Notes: a model not told the origin generated them from the sequence alone. 64,000 nt of DNA from Marsupella aquatica (GCA_973895155.1 OZ316896.1:7325278-7389277), one strand, 5' to 3'. Shown: positions 12,525 to 27,200, numbered from the stretch's first letter. Numbers and translations: made by a program.

Positions 12525-14232
12525 GGATCATCGAGTTGCAACCCTCGACGCTCTTCTTGAGGGTAGCCGATGAGGACCTTCGAGAGGAGCTTGAGAACGC
12601 GATGGAGCTGCTGGAACCTTCGAGAGTTACCTTATCTAACGACTGGAACCAAGTTGAGAAAGCGGTGTCGAAAGTGAGCAATCAACACCGGCAGCAAGAG
12701 CTGGACAAGGAGGCTACCACTCTCGACCTAAGGCCGCCGGAACCGACATTGAGGAAAGGGAAGTGAGAACCAGCAAAGGATGAGATCAAACCATCGGTGG
12801 ATGATCTCGCGGAAATGATGTAGAACCTAAAGATCTTGGCGGTAGCGAGAGTTGTAGAGTTGGCCATGCATGTGGTGCGACAGCAAAGAGCATGACAAAC
12901 GGGAGTGCCTGGACCTGAGGGAAGCTGCGGATAAAGGGCTGATCAAGTTCATCAATGAAGTTGGTCAGAAAAAGATATCGTTTGCCGATACTGCTCAAGG
13001 AGATGATTCCATTCAACTCCAACAAGGGAGACATGAAGGCTTTGGCTGAGAAGCGAGCTGGGAAGCGAGTCGAAGAGGCGTCCTCTTTGCACCTGGAAGC
13101 AAATGTTTAAAATGTGGAGTTGGATGGCCCCATGATGGAAATGGACAAGTTTTACAAGCGCTTGGCAGATCTGGTGCGAGAAAGATCCGGATGGAGTGAC
13201 CCGGTGCTGATCAATGCGATAACGGTTGAGATTGGGGCTAGTTGGGATGCCTCGGTCGAGTTGAAAAGGAAGAAAACCAACAAGGATGACACTCTGTCTC
13301 AATCAGGGGAACGAGACAGGCGGGATACTCGAGACAAGGAAATGAGCGAGAAAGAACCGGAGAAAGGGAAATCAATCAGGAAGGATCCAGGCTGGGTGCT
13401 TGGCAGGGATGTTGACCAGGCTATGTACCCGGAGGTTGTAGCTGAGAAGTTCTGGAGCCAACAGGCTCAAGGGTTTACCAATGCCGAGTTCTTTGGCAGC
13501 ATGAGGCGGGAGATCCAAGAGGCGATCTTGGAGAGATCCAAGAGGAAACGGATTTACAAAGAGGGCCCTCACACGTTGATGGGGGAGGCTGGCGAGACGG
13601 AAATGGGGAGTTTCCAAACTTACACTACTGGGGTGTCCATGGGTTCAGGAAGCAAGTTTGCTGGCCCCGAAGAGTCAGGCTTGGGGATGCCAAAGAGGAT
13701 CAAGTCCCTTGGAGGGGAGCTCATGGACAATGAGTTCTTCAATGCGGAAGAGGAGCTCATGGACTTGGACGATGAGTTCTTCGATGCAGAAGAGGAGCTC
13801 ATGGGAACCGGAAGCAAAGCTGAGTCTGTGGCAAATAGGGACCCGACTGAAGGGAAAGAGCGAGAAGGCATTACCGCGCAGTCGAGGACCATTCATGTCA
13901 TGGGCTCAATGAAAGGAAACGGTTATGCTTACCTAGATGGATACTGGGCTCGAGCAAGTCCGGAGAGCGAGTGCCAGTTGGAAGGAATGGAAGGCAAGGT
14001 GCAGGCGCTCATTGATATTGGCTCGGAGATCAACTTGATGGATCCAAAGGTGTTTCAAAAGGGGAATTGGCCGGTGGATAATGAGTTGCTTTGGAGTGTG
14101 AACTCGGTGAGTTCGATGAAGGACTATCTTTGGGGCGGATATCCGAATGTGATGGTGAAGTTTGGGAATGTCAAGCAGGCTTGTAACATTTTTGTTCATG
14201 AGCACTTGTCATTTCCGGTGATAGTGGGCATG

Positions 14233-14589
14233 TCGAGGTGTTTACAAAAGACAGCAAACAAGAAACAGGATTTAATAACAGAAACTGGTAACAAGAAAAA
14301 AAACTGGTAACACAAAAATGGGTGGAAATGTTTTTTGAAACTTTTTTGAAACTTTTTTTTGAAATTTGTTTTTTGAGATTTTTTATTTTTTTTCGGTCGA
14401 CCAGTTTTTTTGCTAGCGCCCAAAGCTAGCCAAAAATGTTGCATTGTGAATTTTTTTTGGAAATAACATGTGTTAGGAGACATTTTTAAATTGTCATTTT
14501 TCCTGGTAACAGTAATTTTTTCCTGGTGCATATTAAAAACAGGAAAAAAAATTCCTGTTTACCTATTTCCTATCTCCATCGCTATACCC
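14233..14589. mobile_element. MITE-like insertion (357 bp) in the element C protease region
   Basis: Flanked by duplicated GGCATG; removal restores PVIVGMPFIT; shares internal GCTAGCCAAAAATG and TTTACCT(A/G)TTTCC motifs with 7273-7606. Confidence 0.8.
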
Positions 14590-17500
14590 GGCATGCCGTT
14601 CATCACTGAATGGAGGATGGAGACGAAGGTTCTGGACGATACTACCTCATGGTGAAGGTTCGGAGCAAAGATGGGAAAGAGGTGGTTCAATTTCCGGCTG
14701 TTTTACCTGGAAATGAGAGGAATAGGAAAGGGTTGAGAACTGAGAGTGCCGACTCTGGTCTAGCTCCGGAAAACAACTTGGCACTTTGCTTAAAAGAGTG
14801 GATCGACGGAGTGCTCGTTCCTTAGCTCCTTGTGAAGGGGAAAACACGATGGATAATGGAGAGGATGAGCCACTCAAATGTGCGGAGTCTAACTTGGGAA
14901 GGGACAAGCTGGAGAAGGAATTGGAAAGGCAGTACTCGTCTATGGCCGTGCTTGTATACTCAAGTACCAAATACAAGACGGTCGACAAGAAGGTGAGGCC
15001 GGCGGTGATACATTTGCCGGAAGATGTGATGGAGGTTATGGATCGAGCAAGATTGGAACCAAGGCTGAGGCCAACTGATCGGATAGGGCATAAGTTTACT
15101 CAAGAGAGTTTGGCGAAGCTTAAGATTGGTTTGGATGGGTTACTTACAGAGGTGGAGCAAGTGGCATTTCAAAAGATGATAATGGAGCATGGCAAGACAT
15201 TCTCATTTTCGATTGAGGAGATTGGTTGTGCTGATCCGAGTAAGTTGACACCGATGGTCATTTTTACTGTCCCTCATGTTCTGTGGGATCTGAAACCAAT
15301 TTTGGTTCCGCGGGCTTTGGCTCCAAAGCTTGTAGAACTACTTAAGGAGAAGCTGAGTGCTAGGATTCTCGAGAGGTCTGATGCTCCCTACTCAAACAGA
15401 TGGTTTACAGTGAGAAAGAAAAATGGAAGCTTGAGGTTCATTCAGGATATGCAACCTCCAAACAAGGTGACCATAAGGAATGTGGGAGTTCGGCCACTCG
15501 TGGATGAGTTTGCGGAGGAGTCACTGGGAGGGCAATCTATTCCATGAGTGATTTGTTTTGGGGTTACAACCAGTTCCAGTTGGCGCAAGAGAGCCGAGAC
15601 ATTATGACTATGAGGACCCCGTTGGGCCTCTTGAGGATGTGCACTCTTCCTCAAGGGGCGACGAACTCAGTAGCGCACATGCAAAATGCGATGAGTAAAA
15701 TTTTGGAACCGTTCATTCCGGAAAAAGCGAGACCATTCATTGATGATGTCTCGATTAAGGGGTGCTTGGCTGAAGGGAAGGATGAGACCTTGAGGAGTGA
15801 TGGGATCCGGCAGTTTGTGTGGGATCACATTGCTAATGTTAAGGCGGTTCTCGAGAAGCTGATTGATGTGGGAGTCACTCTTTCGAGGGAGAAGTCTGAA
15901 TTCGGGATGAAAGAGGTGAAAGTCGTTGGGCAAATATGCGGATCTTATGGAAGGATGTCAAACATGGACAAGGTGAGAGCTATTAGCGAGATGAAGGATT
16001 GCAAATCGGTGTAGGAAGTTTGGAGGTTTCCGGGTGCTTGTGTCTTTTACAAGATTTGGATCCCTCACTTCTTGCACCTGGCGGACCCGCTCTATGAGCT
16101 GTTGAGGAAAAAGGTTAAGTGGAGATGGTTACCCAAGCATAGTGAAGCAATGGCCAAGCTTAAGAGCGTTCTCATGAGCCCGCCAGTTCTCCAAGCTGCG
16201 GACTATGAGAGCAAGCGACCATTGATCATGACTGTTGATGCGAGTCCGTTCGCAGCCGGGTGGGCTGTTGGGCAAGATGACGAGAATGGGGAAAGGTATG
16301 CGATCAGATTTGGGGCGAATTTTTTTACGGAAAGGCAAAGAAGATATGCAAGTTAAGAGGGAGCTTTGGGGTGCCAAAGTGACACTCCATCAGGAGAGGA
16401 ACTATTTGATTGGGGCGCTGGTGGTGGTTGAGACTGATTGGCAATCGCTGTTGGGGATGATTGCGAATTATGACACGCCTGACATAGCGATGCTCAGGTG
16501 GATCGCTTTCATTCGGATGTTCAACCCTGAGCTAAGTCACATTGCAGGAAAGGATAATCCGGTTGCCGACATGCTGTCAAGGGCAAGATTCGGAAATGAG
16601 GTAGCAACGAGAGTTGGCGAGGTGACCGAAACCGAACATGTTGGAAGTCTAGAGTTCAAGGAAGAACTCTACTCGGGAGAGTTGCTGGATATCGGGCGTT
16701 ACATTAACACTTTGGAGAAGCAACCAAAGTGAAGTTACCAGGAGTTTGTCAAGATCCAAAAGAGATCTTACAAGTTCCTATTGAGGGAGGGCTACTTGTG
16801 GCGAAGGCATAAGGACCCAAGTCAGTTGTTGCAGAGGGTTGTGGATACTAAGGATGAGAAAGACCAAATTCTCAAAGAGTGCCATGATGCTGACATGGCT
16901 GGGCACAAAGGGGTGCATTCGACTTACGAGAGGGTTTGGAAGCTGTACTGGTGGCCAGGTTTATACCTGGCCGTTCGAGACTATGTTGAAACTTGCGAGG
17001 TTTGCCAGTTTTACTCGAGGATCCGGCATAGGGATGGATTGGTTCCGACTTACCCCGTGGCTCTACACTTTCAATGGGCTGTTGATGTGGTGTACATGCC
17101 GAGAGAGAGCAATGGGGTGAGATACTTGGTTTTGGCGAGAGAATACTTGTCTTCTTATGTGGAAGGGAGAGCGTTGGTTTTGAACACTATTGCTGCCATT
17201 TGCCAGTTCATACTTGAGGATATCATTGCAAGGCATGGATGCTTTACAAGGATCAGAGCTGATAGGGGGGAGCTCAGCTCCAAGGAAGCGCAAGAGTTTT
17301 TTGACCAATACCGCATCAAACTGAAGCTGACATTGAGTTACAATCCGGAAAGCAATCATGGGAATTCTGAAAGGGGGCACATCCAGATTGTGAGCGCTTT
17401 GGCTAAGGCTTGTGATGGGGACTTGGGCAGGTGGTCGAGTCTACTTCCACTTGCTCTGTTAGCAGATCGGATGACTTGTAGCTCAGTGACCGGATACGTT

Positions 17501-18301
17501 CCGGCTGAGCTACTTACTGGGCACTTGCCGATGATGCCACTCGAGGAAGATATTTGCAGCTGGCAACTGATTGGATGGAAAGATGAAGTTTTGAGAGAGG
17601 AGTTGCTGGTTCGAAGGATCAAACACTTCAACTTGTTACCTACAAAGATTGAGGTGGCTCGGAAGCAATTACAGATGGCGAGGTTAAGGAACAAGGGCAG
17701 GTTCGACAAGACTCATCGGTTGAGGCCTGTCTTGGTTAAGGAAGGGGATTGGGTTCTGGTTTACAAAAGTAAGTTGGACAAGCAACACTTGAGCCAAAAC
17801 AAGTTTGCTCGGAGGTGGCAAGGTCCGTATGTGGTGGTTGCTGTTCATGCGAATGCGACCTACACTATTTGGGAGTTGGATGGAACAGTTCACCAAGTAC
17901 CTTACGTAAGGAAAAGGGTGAAGATCTTCAAGAGGAGGACCGAGAAGGGAATGGACTCAAGTTCCGACTTGAGTGAATTTGAAGACGAGGCACTAGTCCA
18001 GGCGCATCCGTTGGACTTGAGTTTTGAAAGTGGCTTGACTGGTTTTGATTCGGATGAGTTGGACTTCGAGTTTCTGGAAAGTGGAGTGCCTAAGGCCGAG
18101 TCTGAAGGCTTTGGGTTTGAGTTTCTTGAGGAGGAAGTGGTCCAGGCGCATGGCTCGAGTTTGGACTCAAACTTAGAGGAAATCTGATGGATTGGAGCAG
18201 ACCAGAGGCTGCTCAGGTTTATTGGGGGAGGATGTACGTGATGCCTAGCCAGGAATCACTAGGCCAATTTAAATGATAAAATAAGGAGTAAACCCTGGAA
18301 A

Positions 18302-21300
18302 TGTTATAAACCAAATACACCAACAATGATATGATCTTCTATTCCAAGGAGAGAATATATACATATGGTAACTCTGGTTGGAGTTAACCATGGGTTCTAA
18401 CTATAGTTAGTATACCCAATCATAGTTAGGGTATAACACTCCCCCTTGGGTGTTATCATTTTAGGAAAAATGTGACAACCAATCTTCTATCAATGTATAT
18501 GAAGGTAGGTGATGGGGGTGCAACCTCATTAAAACCTTCCCTACTTTCTTTTGTGGAAGGAAAGAGTATTGCCACCCTACATCCCTTTAAGTTTAAAATA
18601 AAGTTGTGTCTTTATAAAGTAATCTGTATTTGCATTTGTCTATTCCCTACTTTTCTAGACTAATTCCGTTCAGAGTATATGTGTTTAGGTTTGTATTCTG
18701 GGTTGCGGTGTTGTTCTGCAAGAAGTCCATCGAGTGTAAGTGGTGTTGAAGTTGGTTGTATGAGAGTGGAATGGCGGGTTCTCTTTTGCGCAGGTACTGT
18801 CGATGCCGGGGTGAGCTGCAATTGTTGGAGATGTATTTTCCCTGGGTCTTTGTGATAGGGTCAATCGGAGAGATGCCAGTGCGTCTTCTTGAGGATTCAT
18901 CAAGTTTCGTCTATGGCTCTTGAGGAAGTCAATTGCGAGGGGTTAGTCGAACGACTTATGTTCTGTCAGGCTGGTGTTGTTCGTTCTCGCAACATTCATC
19001 AGGGAAGTCAAATCTTCCCCTCAATCTTTGTATCCTGCAAAAGCTTTGTTATGCTGCGTATTCCTATTGAATAAGTTAGTGATTGATGGAGGGACGGTGG
19101 TAGAGACTTCGTAAGGATATCTGCCTTGTTCTGATTTCCTGGAATCCATTGTACATCAATTTCTTTTCCTTGTTGTTTGTGTGAGAAAAAGAATTTAGGC
19201 GCAATATGTTTTGTACGTTCGCCTTTGATGAATCCGGTTTTGATTTGAGTTATGCAAGGCATGTTATCTTTGAAGAGTATTGTAGGTTTGGTTAATGTTG
19301 GTTTACCTGTGTTGATCAGAATATGATCTAAGACTTTACGTAGCCATAAACACTCATGACTTGCTTCGTAGAGAGCAATTATTTCAGAGTGATTGGAAGA
19401 AGTAGTAGTAAGAGTCTGTTTGGTGCTGCGCCATGAAATTGGTGTCGGGCCCATCAAGAAAATATATCCAGTTTGAGATTTACCATCTTGTGGATCGGAT
19501 AGATAGCCAGCGTCAACATATCCTGTTAAACTGTAATCTGCATCATAAGGAAAGTATAATCCAAAGTCGGATGTACCAATAAGATAACAGAATATCCTTT
19601 TAATACCGTTCCAGTGTTTGATAGTGGGCTGTGCGCTGTGTCTTGCGAGTAAGTTGACTGCGAATGCTATGTCCGGTCGAGTTTGATTAGATAGAAACAT
19701 AAGAGCACCAATAGCCGAAAGGTATGGCATATCTGAACCTAGTAAAGGTTCAAAATCTTCTCTCTTCCTGAACATATCTTTTTGTATGTCTAAGGTACGT
19801 ATATCCATGGGGGACTTCACAGATTTTAACGAGTCCATATGGAAATGTTTTAACACCTTCTTTGTGTAAGTCTCTTGATGCAGGAGAATGCCCGTTTGTA
19901 AATGTTCAAATTGAAGTCCAATGCAGTAAGAAGTTCTTCCTAAATCCCGCATTTCGAATACGCGTTTCAGCGTTTGTATAGATTCTTGCATCATCTTGTT
20001 TGTACCAAACAAGTTGAGGTCATCTACATAAATAGCAATTATTATGAATTCAGGTCCCTTGATTCTTTATGAATAGGCAAGGCGCAATCTCTGAATTTTT
20101 GTATCCCATGGATATCATCTCTGTTTTGAAACGCTGGTACCAGGTACGTCCACTTTGTTTTAGGCCGTAGAGTGAACGAAGAACCTTAATAGCAAATCGG
20201 GTCTTTCTATTTCCAGGAGTTTCCTGGAATGCAATTGCTTTAGAGGTATTGTGGAGTACCAGCTTATTTAAGTAGTCAAATTCATTTGCATGTTTGTTAC
20301 TATGCATATTTGAATCATGATTTGAATTCGCATGGAAATTGACACGTTCTATAAGCTGTGGTGGAGCTTCCATATAGATCACAGCGTCAAGTTGACCGTA
20401 AAGATAAGCGGTCACCACATCTAGTTGATGCATTAAGAGTTTATGTTGGATTGCAAATGCTATCAAGTAGCGATAAGTAGTTACATCCATGAGTGGTGAA
20501 TAAGTTAGGTCATAATCTGTGCCATAGATTTGAGTATATCCCTTTGCAACAAGTCGAGCTTTATATCTCACAATTTCTCCTTGGGAATTCCTCTTTTTGG
20601 TAAATATTATTCTGTACCCTATATGGTGTTGGTCTGGGGTAGCAATGGTTATAGGACCAAATACTTTTCGAGAGATCAAAGAGTCTAACTCAGAGTTCAT
20701 GGCTATTTTCCATTTAGGCCAATCTGTTTGGTTTTGTGCTTCTTTGACAGATTCCGGGTCAGGTAAGTTAGTAATATCCTGTGATATATGAAAGGCAAAT
20801 TGATCATCACGTATTACTCTAGTTCTATCTAAGATATGGCCAGTGGTATTATAATGTATGGCTATCTCTGGGTGATATGATTCTGAAATGTGAGTATGGG
20901 TTTCTGGTCTCATTTCAGATGATGTTGGTAGTTTTCACCTTTGTCTGAGTTGTTTATCGACAGCCCCTACAGGGCGTCCTCTCTTGGGTTTTAATTGTTG
21001 ATCAGAAGCTAACTGAGTTCCAATTTGAATCCGGGATGGGGTATTCGCTGCTGGGATATGGGATTTTGTAACATTCGCTGTATCTGCGAATGAATCAGGT
21101 ATGGCCAGGACAAAGTTCAGGACTAGCTTGCCAGGTGAATATTTTTGGTAATGATTGTTGTTTGCCCTCTAGTAATGTTAGAGTGGGGAAGATGGTTTCA
21201 TAAAAGTGACAATCTGTAAATCGAGCTTTGAATATGTCTGCAGTGGTAGGTTCCATGTAACGGATGATTGATGTAGAGTCGAATCCCACTGTATAGATGC

Positions 21301-23939
21301 CTTTTCTTCTTTGAAGTCCTAATTTTGTCCGTTTTGGACCTAGGATTGGTACAAGGACATGACATCCGAATATCCTCAAGTGTGAAATGTCTGAAGAATT
21401 TCCAAATGCCAATTGATGAGGTGTAATGCTATTGAAGGCTCATGGTCTGTATAGAAGAAGAGATGCAGCATGTAGGACTGCGTGTCCCCATGCAGTTGCT
21501 GGAAGAGAAGATTGCATTAATAGAGGTCGGGCTATTTGCTGTATGCATTTAATAAGTGACTCGGCCAAGAAGGAAATGTACATAAGGTACATTGTATTGT
21601 GAATCAATTCCATTGATGAGGCAAAATTCATCAAAAGTTTTCGATGTGAACTCTCCGGCTCCATCAGTCCTGAGGGTTCGAATTGGGTATTATGGGAATT
21701 GAGCTCTCAGCCGTATAATGTGTGCCAGAATCCTTGAGAAAACGAGGTTCCGGGTTGATAATAGGGAAACCCTTGACCACTTGGAGCTTGCATCTATGAC
21801 GACCAGGAAATAGCGGAATGGGCCATTGGGAGGATCGATGGGTCCGCAAACATCTGCATGGAGTCTCTCAAGAAATGCAGGTATGTGATTTTTGGTTTTA
21901 GAATTGGAGGGAGCAGTAATCATCTTGCCCTGTGAGCAGGCAAGGCATGGTCCTTTGAATGTTCTAGGATGTACTTCTTTTGATACTCCTTTAGAATTAT
22001 TGACAATTCTGTGGAACATGCTTGTTCCAGGATGTCCCAACCGTCTATGCCAGATCTCTGTGAGGTTCTATGATTCAGTTTGAACATGGTAGCATTGAGT
22101 TCGAGTTGCATAGTATCCTAAAGGGTAAGCCTGTAAAGTTTCTTTAACAAGTCTGCCTTTTGATGAGTGAGATACTATTTGTAGAACTTCTCGTGAGTCT
22201 TGAATATCTGTATGAATATGTAGGTTATTCGCTCTTATGTCTTTAAAGCTTGAGAAGGTTTCTCGTTGCTTTGGGGGCATAAATTGCTGATGTGATGTTG
22301 ATTATTGTTCTTTCTGGGAGAACTATTGTGGCTTTGCCATGACCCTCCTCTATTTGATGTGGTCCCATGATAGTTGTTATTTTCCTTTGTGAAGGGGTGA
22401 TTTCGAGGAAATATTTACTATCCCGAAGGATAGTGTGGGTTGTGCCACTGTCGACAATGCAGAAATCTGGATCTTCAATATATAATGATGAATCCAGGAT
22501 ATGTATTTCTAGTATAATCTCTGGTGACTCTAAATAAGCCCCATGAGCTTCGAATTGCGATTCATCCAAGCTCTTCTTATAAAGTAGAACTAGGTGGCTA
22601 GGTGCATGGCATACCTTTTTGGTGTGCCCTTTAGTTCCGCACCTATTGCATGTAATGGGATGCTCTTGTTTATAACTTGAGGTAGGTCTTTGTCGCTCCC
22701 GATTTTGTTGTTGATGATCCGCTCTGTTACTCTTTCAGTTGTTTCAATTCGCATTGTTCATTCTTCCACGACCTCGTCCTCTATAGTTTGAACTGTTTCC
22801 ACCTCTTTGGGAGAAATTACCTCTCCCTCTCATTGTTCCTCGGCCACGGTATGAACCTCTCCCCCTCAATGTGTATCCATTCGTATTTGTCATATTTGTT
22901 TCTGCTGTCATATCCTGTGTAACTAAGTTGGTTTCAGTTTTGGTTGGTACAGGAAGTGTTCCCGAAGGTCTCTCCTTTGCATTGTTCATAAGGAGGATGG
23001 AATTTTGCTCTGCTAAAAGCATATGAGCAATGAGCATCGAGTATGTTATAAATGCCATGTTCCTGTACTGATTTGAAATCACCAAGTTAGTTGGGTGAAA
23101 TGTGGCCAATGTCTTCTCGATTTGTTGTTTATCACTGATTGGTTCTCCACACATTTGGAGTTTATTTGAGATTCTAAACATCTCACTGTTGTATAAATCT
23201 ATTGATTTGAAATCTTGTACTCGTAGAGTAACCCAAGCCTATAGAGCATTCGGCAGATTTATTGTAGTGATATGCTCGAATCTTGATTTCAATGCATCCC
23301 AGAGTAATCTAGGATTGTATACAGTCTTATACTGGCGTTTGAGAGGATCGACTAAGTGATGTTTCAGTAGTACCAAGGCTTGTGCCTTTGTGTATTGATC
23401 CACACCGACGTCTGTGTGTATGGCCTCTACAATTCGTTTTGCCGTGAGATGGACCTCCACATCTATATACCAATCATTGTAATTCTTGCCATCTATTTGC
23501 AAAGCTGGAAATAGAAGTTTTTCAATGGAGTTTGATGTCATTCTCAGTCAAGAATGTCTAATTGTTTTTCGAATGGATGTTTGGGCAGTGGTTCTCAATG
23601 TGTATCAAATTGATGTATGTTATCAAATCTATTTTGTGAATCATCCCCATTATCATCCCTAAGGGTACAATGTTTTACTGAAGAAATAGCCTGCATACGT
23701 TGCCCAAATGTTGACAAATCTGTATAACTGCCAAGTATAACTGCCTCTGACAGTGAACGACCCCTTAAAAAAAAATTTAAGAGCACTCTTGTGCTGATAA
23801 TGTGTTATAAACCAAATACACCAATAATGATATGATCTTCTATTCCAAGGAGAGAATATATACATATGGTAACTCTGGTTGGAGTTAACCATGGGTTCTA
23901 ACTATAGTTAGTATACCCAATCATAGTTAGGGTATAACA
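18302..23939 (-). mobile_element. Ty1/copia retrotransposon, Bianca-like lineage, structurally complete
   Basis: 137-bp LTRs 18302-18438 and 23803-23939 differ at one base; TSD GGAAA; PPT AAGGGGGAG; PBS TTATCAGCAC. Confidence 0.95.
19008..23541 (-). pseudogene. Copia gag-pol (gag, protease, integrase, RT, RNase H), fragmented
   Basis: CIVDSGTTHTIL; LHADVCGPIDPPNGPFRYFLVVIDASS; YKARLVAKGYTQ, SLYGLKQSGRTW, YVDD; GYVDAGYLSDP, ERTKHIAPKFF, ADILTKSLP. Confidence 0.93.
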
Positions 23940-24219
23940 GGAAACACATTAGTATAGTAGCAAAAAGATGGAAAATATAAACAATTAAGGGTGGCTATGG
24001 AACCCAAGCCGAGGCCGGAAGTAAGAACGCCGGGGGAGGGAACACGATTAGGGTTAGGGCGCGCTAAGTGCTGGCGGCTATGGGTAACTAACGGGAAGGA
24101 AGACCAGTCAGGGAGGGGTAAGGATCAATCGCAAGGAATGGTGGCTCATTTGCAAGCACGAACTAAGCAGAAGACTACGGGAGGCCAACTACTGTTCGCT
24201 GCTCAAGCAAGCACTTGGG

Positions 24220-27200
24220 GTGGAACCAGATACCGACAATCAACTCAAGAAGGGTATGAGCAACGTCAATCAAGCTGCTCATTTTTGGGGATGCCTGTTA
24301 AAACAGGCAACTGAGTACATTGGGACCTACGAGGACGAAGAATCGGAGAGAGCCGCTCAAGAATGGCAGGAGCTTGCTCGACTGTGGGAGCTGCAGAAGT
24401 TTACCTTCTTAGGAGGAGAACTCATCATGGCTGAATTCCTATGGACGCCTACTACCAACGAACTCGACGATCTTTTGTTTTGTGAGAACAGAATAGTCGG
24501 CATCTGGGAAGCCATCAACCGCTGCAATGACATACATTGGGAGTTGAAGGGTAGCACGGAGGGGTGGACGAAGGCAACCGTGCTAGGAGAAACATCCACG
24601 GCAGCCGCTATGAAGAGGAAAGGGAACATCAATGAAGAGACCACCCCTGCAAAGAGAACAAGGTCGGCGGCACCAAGGAAGCCAGCCAAGCAAGGGAGCA
24701 GGAGGTAGGAAGAAGCCAAAGAAGAGGAGGTTGACCCCATCAATGTCGTTCCGACAAGAGAGGACACCTGGAAAGGCTGGGCGGCGACCCTCCCCGAGGA
24801 AGTGCAATTACACTTTGCACGTGAAGAGGATGCATGCTTTATGGCTATGTAGACTCAAAAGTACCAAGGCTTCATGGCCGGATCCAGCTTGGAAGCCTTT
24901 GTGAAGTTACCATGGCTGAAGCCGGAGGTGCCGGATTCAGACTTATTAGAATTTTTGGGATCCTGGGAGCCCGAGTCCAATTCCACAAGGGTGTATGGGA
25001 AGGATTTCTATCTCACTCCCCGAGTGATTGCCGAAGCATTTGGCTTGCCGATGGGCAATAAGACCAAAGTTGATACCAAGAACACCTTGCCCGACAAGGA
25101 GTTTCGGTCGTTCCTAGGGCCATCAATGAAGAATGGCTTCTTCCGGAACACCTGCACCAACCCGCACATTGGGGAGATGATCAATTTCTTGCAGGTAACC
25201 ATGCATTGCAACTTGCCAAGGCCAGAGATCGGCAAGGCACAGGTTTACCTGGGGAAGAGGCCAGACCCCAGTCGGGACTACAACGGATACCTCCTCACCC
25301 AATTGAAGAAAATCTTGAAGGAGGAATAGCAGGTGATCGGCAAGGGAAGCGTGACCCGACTTGGCTATCATATGCCGCTGTTGTGCCGGTATGCCCGAAG
25401 TCAGATATTTGCCCCGGTACTTCCCCTACAGGCAAGAGCACCAGAGGAGGTTCCAGAACAGAGGCCGGCAACAGAGAAACCAACCCAGCTCGACAGTCCT
25501 ACAATCGAGCAGGTGTTTAGGCCGAGGAAGGAAGACTTGCTGATGCAGCAACCAGGCATGCAGAATTTGCTGAAATTGCTGGAGAAGGAAAGGAGAACGG
25601 CAATGGCAACGGCAACAGGACCGGTACAGAATACTGCTCTTGAAGTTGGCCTAAGTTCACTAGGGAAAACCCCTTTACCGGGGCCAAGGAGAGAAGGAGG
25701 CCGGAACACGAGCCGGGAGTCCGAATGTATGTAGGAGCCTCAAGTCCCGAAGCCGAGGAAAAGTAGCCTGAAGCTCCTGGTCGCAACAGGGAGAAGAAGA
25801 GATCAACCTGGAAGCCGGAGGAGGAACCAGGACCCGTGATCTGTGAGGCCGTGTTCACGGCAAAACCAGGAGAGCAGCGGGGGGAGCCGGTAGTCCAAGC
25901 CGTGGAGGAGGCGGTAGAAGGCTACGACAATGATGACTCTGGCTACGGGTCGGACCATCATGTTCCAAGAGTAAGGACCTGTGGCAAGTTCATCCCCACT
26001 CTTCCAAGAGTAGTTTGAGGGGACCCCACCCAACATAGCAGCCCCAAGTCTCCCCCACCAGATGTCGCTCCCCCGAGCTTTGACGACATAAAATAGACGG
26101 CACAAGAGTTTCAAGAGCGACTCAGGGAGGAAGAGAAGGCAGCCTTGGCTAGGGAGAAAGATTTGCTAGGGGGAGAATGGCCAGAGCACATCAAGCGGCT
26201 TGCAAAAAAACAAAGCAGCCCTCCAGCCACGATAGAAGAAATCCGCAAGGCGGCTTGGGAACAAAGGCCGCGATGGTTGATGCCGATGACTTCTACTCAC
26301 TCCGCCTATGCTAAAGAAAGAGCCATGGAGTACGGGGAGATGTGTGGAGAACTTGCGCTCAACATCTTTGGGGAGGGGTTGGAGCAGGGACCCTTTTTCC
26401 AGAGGGAGATGTTGGAGAAGCGCCGATTAGAAGAAGCGGTTGCTTTGGAGAGAAGCAAGAAGGACGAGGTCATCCGTCGGCTTAGGGCAAGGGAAGTTGA
26501 GGTAGAAGACCTTAAGGCCGCCAAGAAAGCCCAAGATGAGCTGCAGATTAAGTGGCATGAGCTAAACATCATGCAAGGGCAATTGGATACCGCGCAATCT
26601 GATAATCAGATTATCAAGGATAAACTAACTCGGACCCAAGGAGAGTTGGTCGATGCGATCAAGGAGAGGGATCCCTGACGGCCAGCTTCAAGGCCGACCT
26701 CCGTGAGAAAGACGACCAGCTCGACCAAACTTATGCCAAGATGAATAAAATGGAGTCTAAGGTCGTAACGGAGCTCGGCAAGGAGCTAAGAGCCACCCAG
26801 GAGGAGAAGGCTACCTTAAAAAAGGAGCTAGAGGAAGCCCAGAGAGAGTTGGAGGAAGCCCAGAAGGAGCTGGAGGAGGCATGCAAGGACCTGGACAAAT
26901 TGCAGGAGGAGTTGGAGGAAAGCACGCGGAAGATGGAGAACTTACAGCGGCGAGCCGACAACCAAACGGAGCAGCTGAAGAAACAGGCCGCAATATTTAA
27001 GTGCTTGGCTTCCTCAGGTCCAACTCCAATTGGGGCAACCAAGTTGCCAAGAGTAGTACTGGCCGAAGGACAAGCCAAGACACTCACACCGGTGCCGGAG
27101 GTAAGTGGCAAGGGGAAGGGACCAGCTGCCAAAACAGGGAAGAAGAAGAAGCGAAAACCTTGAGGGTCAAGGAGTAACATGGCTTCTCACGCCGTCGTGA

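Larger units (their letters stand above)
11747..18187 (+). pseudogene. gag-pol of element C (gag, zinc knuckle, protease, RT, RNase H, integrase)
   Basis: FDGRNVTSYL (gag); CMWCDSKEHDKREC knuckle; ALIDIGSEINLM; LPQGATNS, FIDDV; VDASPFAAGW; HDADMAGH...CEVC, IRADRGE, WQGPY. Several stops and frameshifts, two MITEs. Confidence 0.92.
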
